From Lama guanicoe (taxonomy: Eukaryota), in NCBI GenBank assembly GCA_013239625.1, contig MU053365.1, positions 2,390,115 through 2,413,483 of the forward strand: 23,369 bases of DNA. The letters run 5' to 3'. Both the position numbers and the translations under genes were made by a program. Positions 20,646-23,369 of this stretch are shown one piece after another. The stretch's first letter is position 1. Each line of letters starts with the position of its first letter. Below the pieces are notes generated by a model that saw only the letters and a program-made list of their open reading frames with translations, was not told where the DNA came from and did no database searches.

Positions 20646-21879
20646 TTATTTCTGCTTACTTCCTTTTCCACATAACATGATATATAGTAATGAAATATAA
20701 TGAAATACTTAGCCGTATCTTGACACATGTCAGCTGGAATCTTTAGGACTTATTAGCTGCATGGTAAAATAGCCTGTCCTCTTCTCTGTGAGCTAAATAA
20801 GCAACCCGAGGACCAATGGCAGATATAAGTAATGGGAGAAATGAGACAGAGAGCATTTGTTTTCCAGATGTTTGCCCTCACAGCTTTTTTAGACCTGCAG
20901 TGATACAGAGAATAGGCATAATTCTTCCTGCTCTGAATTAAGTATTATTTTTCTTTTGGTAAACAAAGGAAATGATTCCAGCCATGACAAGGAGAACTGG
21001 TTTAGGGTCAGGTATCTCCTCACATATTGTCACAACTTTCCTCAGGTTCACATGGGTTACAGGAAAATGAGAGCACAAGAGGCCTGTATCTCAGAATATA
21101 AAGATAGAAAAATATGTTTGCAATAATCAGCACTCAGAGGAAAGGCAAGGAAATCCAGACCTGAGAGGAGAAAAAGGACAACCTCAGATCTAAAATCATT
21201 TCTTTCTTGGAGTTCAACAGAGAACCTAAAAATTTAGTTTCCTCTCAAAAGATAGGGAAGGAAATTATATTTCTGTCCTCTCATCTCTCTCAGTTCTTCT
21301 CTGTATAAAATTTGGGGTATCTTGTCACTTTTCCTGTGTGTGGGTATTGCAGGCATTTGTGGGGAAAAGAAAGATGCAGTGGATGTGTTACAGTGTTCTT
21401 TTTTAACTTTAGGGAGAAGCACATTATATTCAAAGTTCAGATCTACCACATGAATATCTAAACATTAAAGAAGATAAAGATACTTCCCAATAGAAGAAAG
21501 AACACGAACAATCTTGGTCTCTGTTGATCCTCATAATCAATAAGGTAAGCACAGAGCAGATCTGGGGCTCTGCAATGAGAAGCAAACTTGCCAAGGTCAG
21601 GGAAAATGTTGAGTACATGGTGGGAAGAGAGACAAAGCTACATTTCAAGAGGGGAATGGAAACAGAGTAGGACCTCCATCAGTAAGCTGGTCTGTGTGCA
21701 GGGCCTGCCTAGACAGGGGCTGAACACTTAGACTTTATATGGTGCCTACCTGAGTAGGGAAGCCTCCTTGATCTCTGGCATCCACAGAACAATTCAACGG
21801 TCCATTTCTAACAATGTGAATACTTAAAGATTAGAGAAGATGAAGATAATTTCAAACAGAATGGACAACATGAACAATT

Positions 21880-22120
21880 AAGGTATACAAAGACAGGTAA
21901 GGATATCCCCATTGAGAGAGGAATTCAAGTTTGAGGCAATCAGTGTGACATTGCTTATGGTTATGGAAAAATCTTTGGGAGAATCATCTAGATGTAGTGG
22001 GGAGAGATAAAAGCCATATTCGAGAGTGTGAGAGGTACTGGGTGGGTCCTCGAACATGAAGCAATGCTATGTGCAGTGCCTTGCCCAGAGATGTGTAGAT
22101 CACTTGGAATCTATATAATT
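21880..22120. mobile_element. L2 fragment (21880-22040) and MIR-like tail (22050-22120) nested in the G part of element G
   Basis: atgtagtggggagagataaaagccatattcgagagtgtgagagg (L2-like) and gtgcagtgccttgcccagag (MIR-like). Confidence 0.5.
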
Positions 22121-22259
22121 ACTGCATTTCTTGGTACAGTAAGGCTCAACAAGCACAACGATTATGCTGCCCATTGGACTAGTCATAGTAGAGGAGCTGC
22201 AGGTATCTTTGAGCTGCCTGCTATGACGTGATGACACCTCTAGCAGGCACCTGGATCTC

Positions 22260-22550
22260 AGACCTCCTGAAGATGATTTCCTTAAAAAGTGAAAAATTAC
22301 ACTAAGGAGAAGACAAACGTACTTCCTAAGAGAAGAAGAGAACAGGAAGCAGCTTGTTGTCTCCAGGTATTCATCTTCTGTCAGGGATTCAGTGCCTGGT
22401 GAGAAGATCCTGAATGAGGTAAGGATCAAAGTTATAGGGAAAAATGGAAACTTTATGTAGTTACACAAAATCTTGAAACAGGGATCATGATTTCGAGGCA
22501 GAGAAATGGTATAAATATCTGATAGTGGCAAGGGAACACGATAATTCCTC
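22260..22550 (-). pseudogene. EBLM: EBL matrix (M) C-terminal part of element G
   Basis: Within ORF 22100..22555: LSDIYTISL (22525-22499)..KI..F..LTEDE..SCFLFSSSLRK..RKSSSG vs BoDV-1 M LTDYFTIDV..NI..F..LNKDQ..AAFNVFSYRLRN..RSSGP, spacing 68 vs 71 residues. Confidence 0.75.
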
Positions 22551-22554
22551 GACA

Positions 22555-23369
22555 TACAGCCACTGTGTTAGATACACTACACTGGCAGTTACGGATTACT
22601 TAGGCTACATTTAAATAATGATCCTATGGGTAGACTATGGCTCACGAGAACATCAGTCGGAGTGGTCTCTGGGCCACTGATGTGGGTAGAGCCGCAGGTG
22701 TCCTTGAGTTGCCTGCCTGGATATCATAATGACCCCGGGAGTGATGTGTGTCTCTGGCGTCCTGAGGATGGTTACAGTGGTCCCTCGCTGACAGTGTGGC
22801 CACCCTACAGGTTTGAGAATGGAAGGTAATTTCCAGGCGAAGGAAGGAAAGCCACCGTATGCTTTNNNNNNNNNNNNNNNNNNNNNNNNNNNNNNNNNNN
22901 NNNNNNNNNNNNNNNNNNNNNNNNNNNNNNNNNNNNNNNNNNNNNNNNNNNNNNNNNNNNNNNNNNNNNNNNNNNNNNNNNNNNNNNNNNNNNNNNNNNN
23001 NNNNNNNNNNNNNNNNNNNNNNNNNNNNNNNNNNNNNNNNNNNNNNNCCACTTGGATTTCGTGTGCGTGGTGCCTGTCTAGGTAGAAGAACGCTCAACGC
23101 AACGCGTTGTTCGGTGGTCTTTGGGCGATTGATGGTGGAAGTACGTGGGACCCGAATACCGTGAAGTGGTGAGCGTGCCGGGAGCCGCCTGGTGTCCCTG
23201 GCAGTTTAAGTTTGATGTCAGTGGTTTACTGGTCCGAAAACACCTGCGGGTTCGATAAGGGAAACGCAGTTCCTATGAGAAAAAGAGAGAGTGGGGAGGA
23301 CTGTTTCTCGTAGGGTCGTGACGTTCTCCAGCTGTACAGAGCGGTTGGGAGATTCCCGCAAGTTGAGGG
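22555..23369 (-). pseudogene. EBLM: Second EBL M-G element (element H), crossing an assembly gap and probably continuing past the window edge
   Basis: SVQLENVTTLRETVLPTL (23340-23287) vs SYVELKDKVIVPGWPTL; KLKLP..HHFTV vs PLQLP..DYFTI; AFFYLDRHHAHE vs MFLRLNKDQSKH; GGFPSFAWKLPSI..PVG (22865-22803) vs AAFNVFSYRLRNI..PLG; then G motifs TPGVI (22742) vs TPGLI, QLKDTC, HSLP, and NCQCSVSNTVAV (22590-22555) vs ICRCSITNVTVAV. Confidence 0.8.
22866..23047. other. Assembly gap (182 N)
   Basis: Run of N. Confidence 1.

Larger units (their letters stand above)
19970..22270 (-). pseudogene. EBLG: G part of the M-G-L element G, interrupted by L2, MIR and a simple repeat
   Basis: RGVI and QLKDTC (22219-22199) vs PGLI and EIRRLC; FVSLPTMYST (21636-21607) vs TISLPAVHTS; CSFFY vs CNWFY; GQKYNFLPYLL (21278-21246) vs GSTLTYTPYIL; KFLGSLLNS vs KTLNGTILCNS; *DT..NLRKVVTICE (21093-21019) with the same spacing as RDT..TLKDAWEDCE; LSVSFLPLLISAIGPRVAY (20853-20797) vs VNVTFMAWNESTYYPPVDY, gapless. 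The piece at 19970-20070 is weak. Confidence 0.8.

Noticed and set aside
22127..22141. FLGTV on + strand, identical to a BoDV-1 G pentapeptide
   Set aside because: Opposite strand to the surrounding collinear M-G-L element, with no flanking similarity; treated as chance.
22367..22418. 52-nt exon-like segment (ctccag/..gag/gtaagg)
   Set aside because: No partner coding exons were recognised and it lies antisense within the M remnant; it cannot be supported as a host exon without RNA data.
1040..22550. Carbovirus-type (G-M-L) origin
   Set aside because: The observed adjacencies are M then G and G then L, which is orthobornavirus order; a phylogeny is still needed.
1..23369. CRISPR array, tRNA, rRNA or other structured RNA gene
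   Set aside because: No regularly spaced short direct repeats and no recognisable RNA gene sequence were seen.

Overview
Mammalian genomic DNA (the young L1 3' end looks cetartiodactyl, possibly camelid; inference) with no intact host protein-coding gene. Between ordinary L1, L2, MIR and LTR remnants, most of the remaining unique sequence translates into decayed homologues of bornavirus proteins. I read about nine endogenous bornavirus-like (EBL) segments covering N, P, M, G and L. On the + strand: two G-L elements (~1040-4410 and ~4415-6810, the second reaching RdRp motif C). On the - strand: G C-terminal third (8640-9110), N-P (10820-11915), G N-terminal half (12190-12590), N split by a young L1 (12720-15270), L N-terminus (18425-18885), a long M-G-L element (18888-22550) and a second M-G element (22555-23369, across an assembly gap). 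Every segment left of ~7 kb is on + and every segment right of ~8.6 kb is on -, so outward bidirectional transcription from the switch point would read all of them antisense, as in a piRNA-cluster-type antiviral archive (hypothesis). All viral assignments are manual alignments to Borna disease virus 1 (BoDV-1) proteins recalled from memory; no search was run, and boundaries are approximate (tens of bases).
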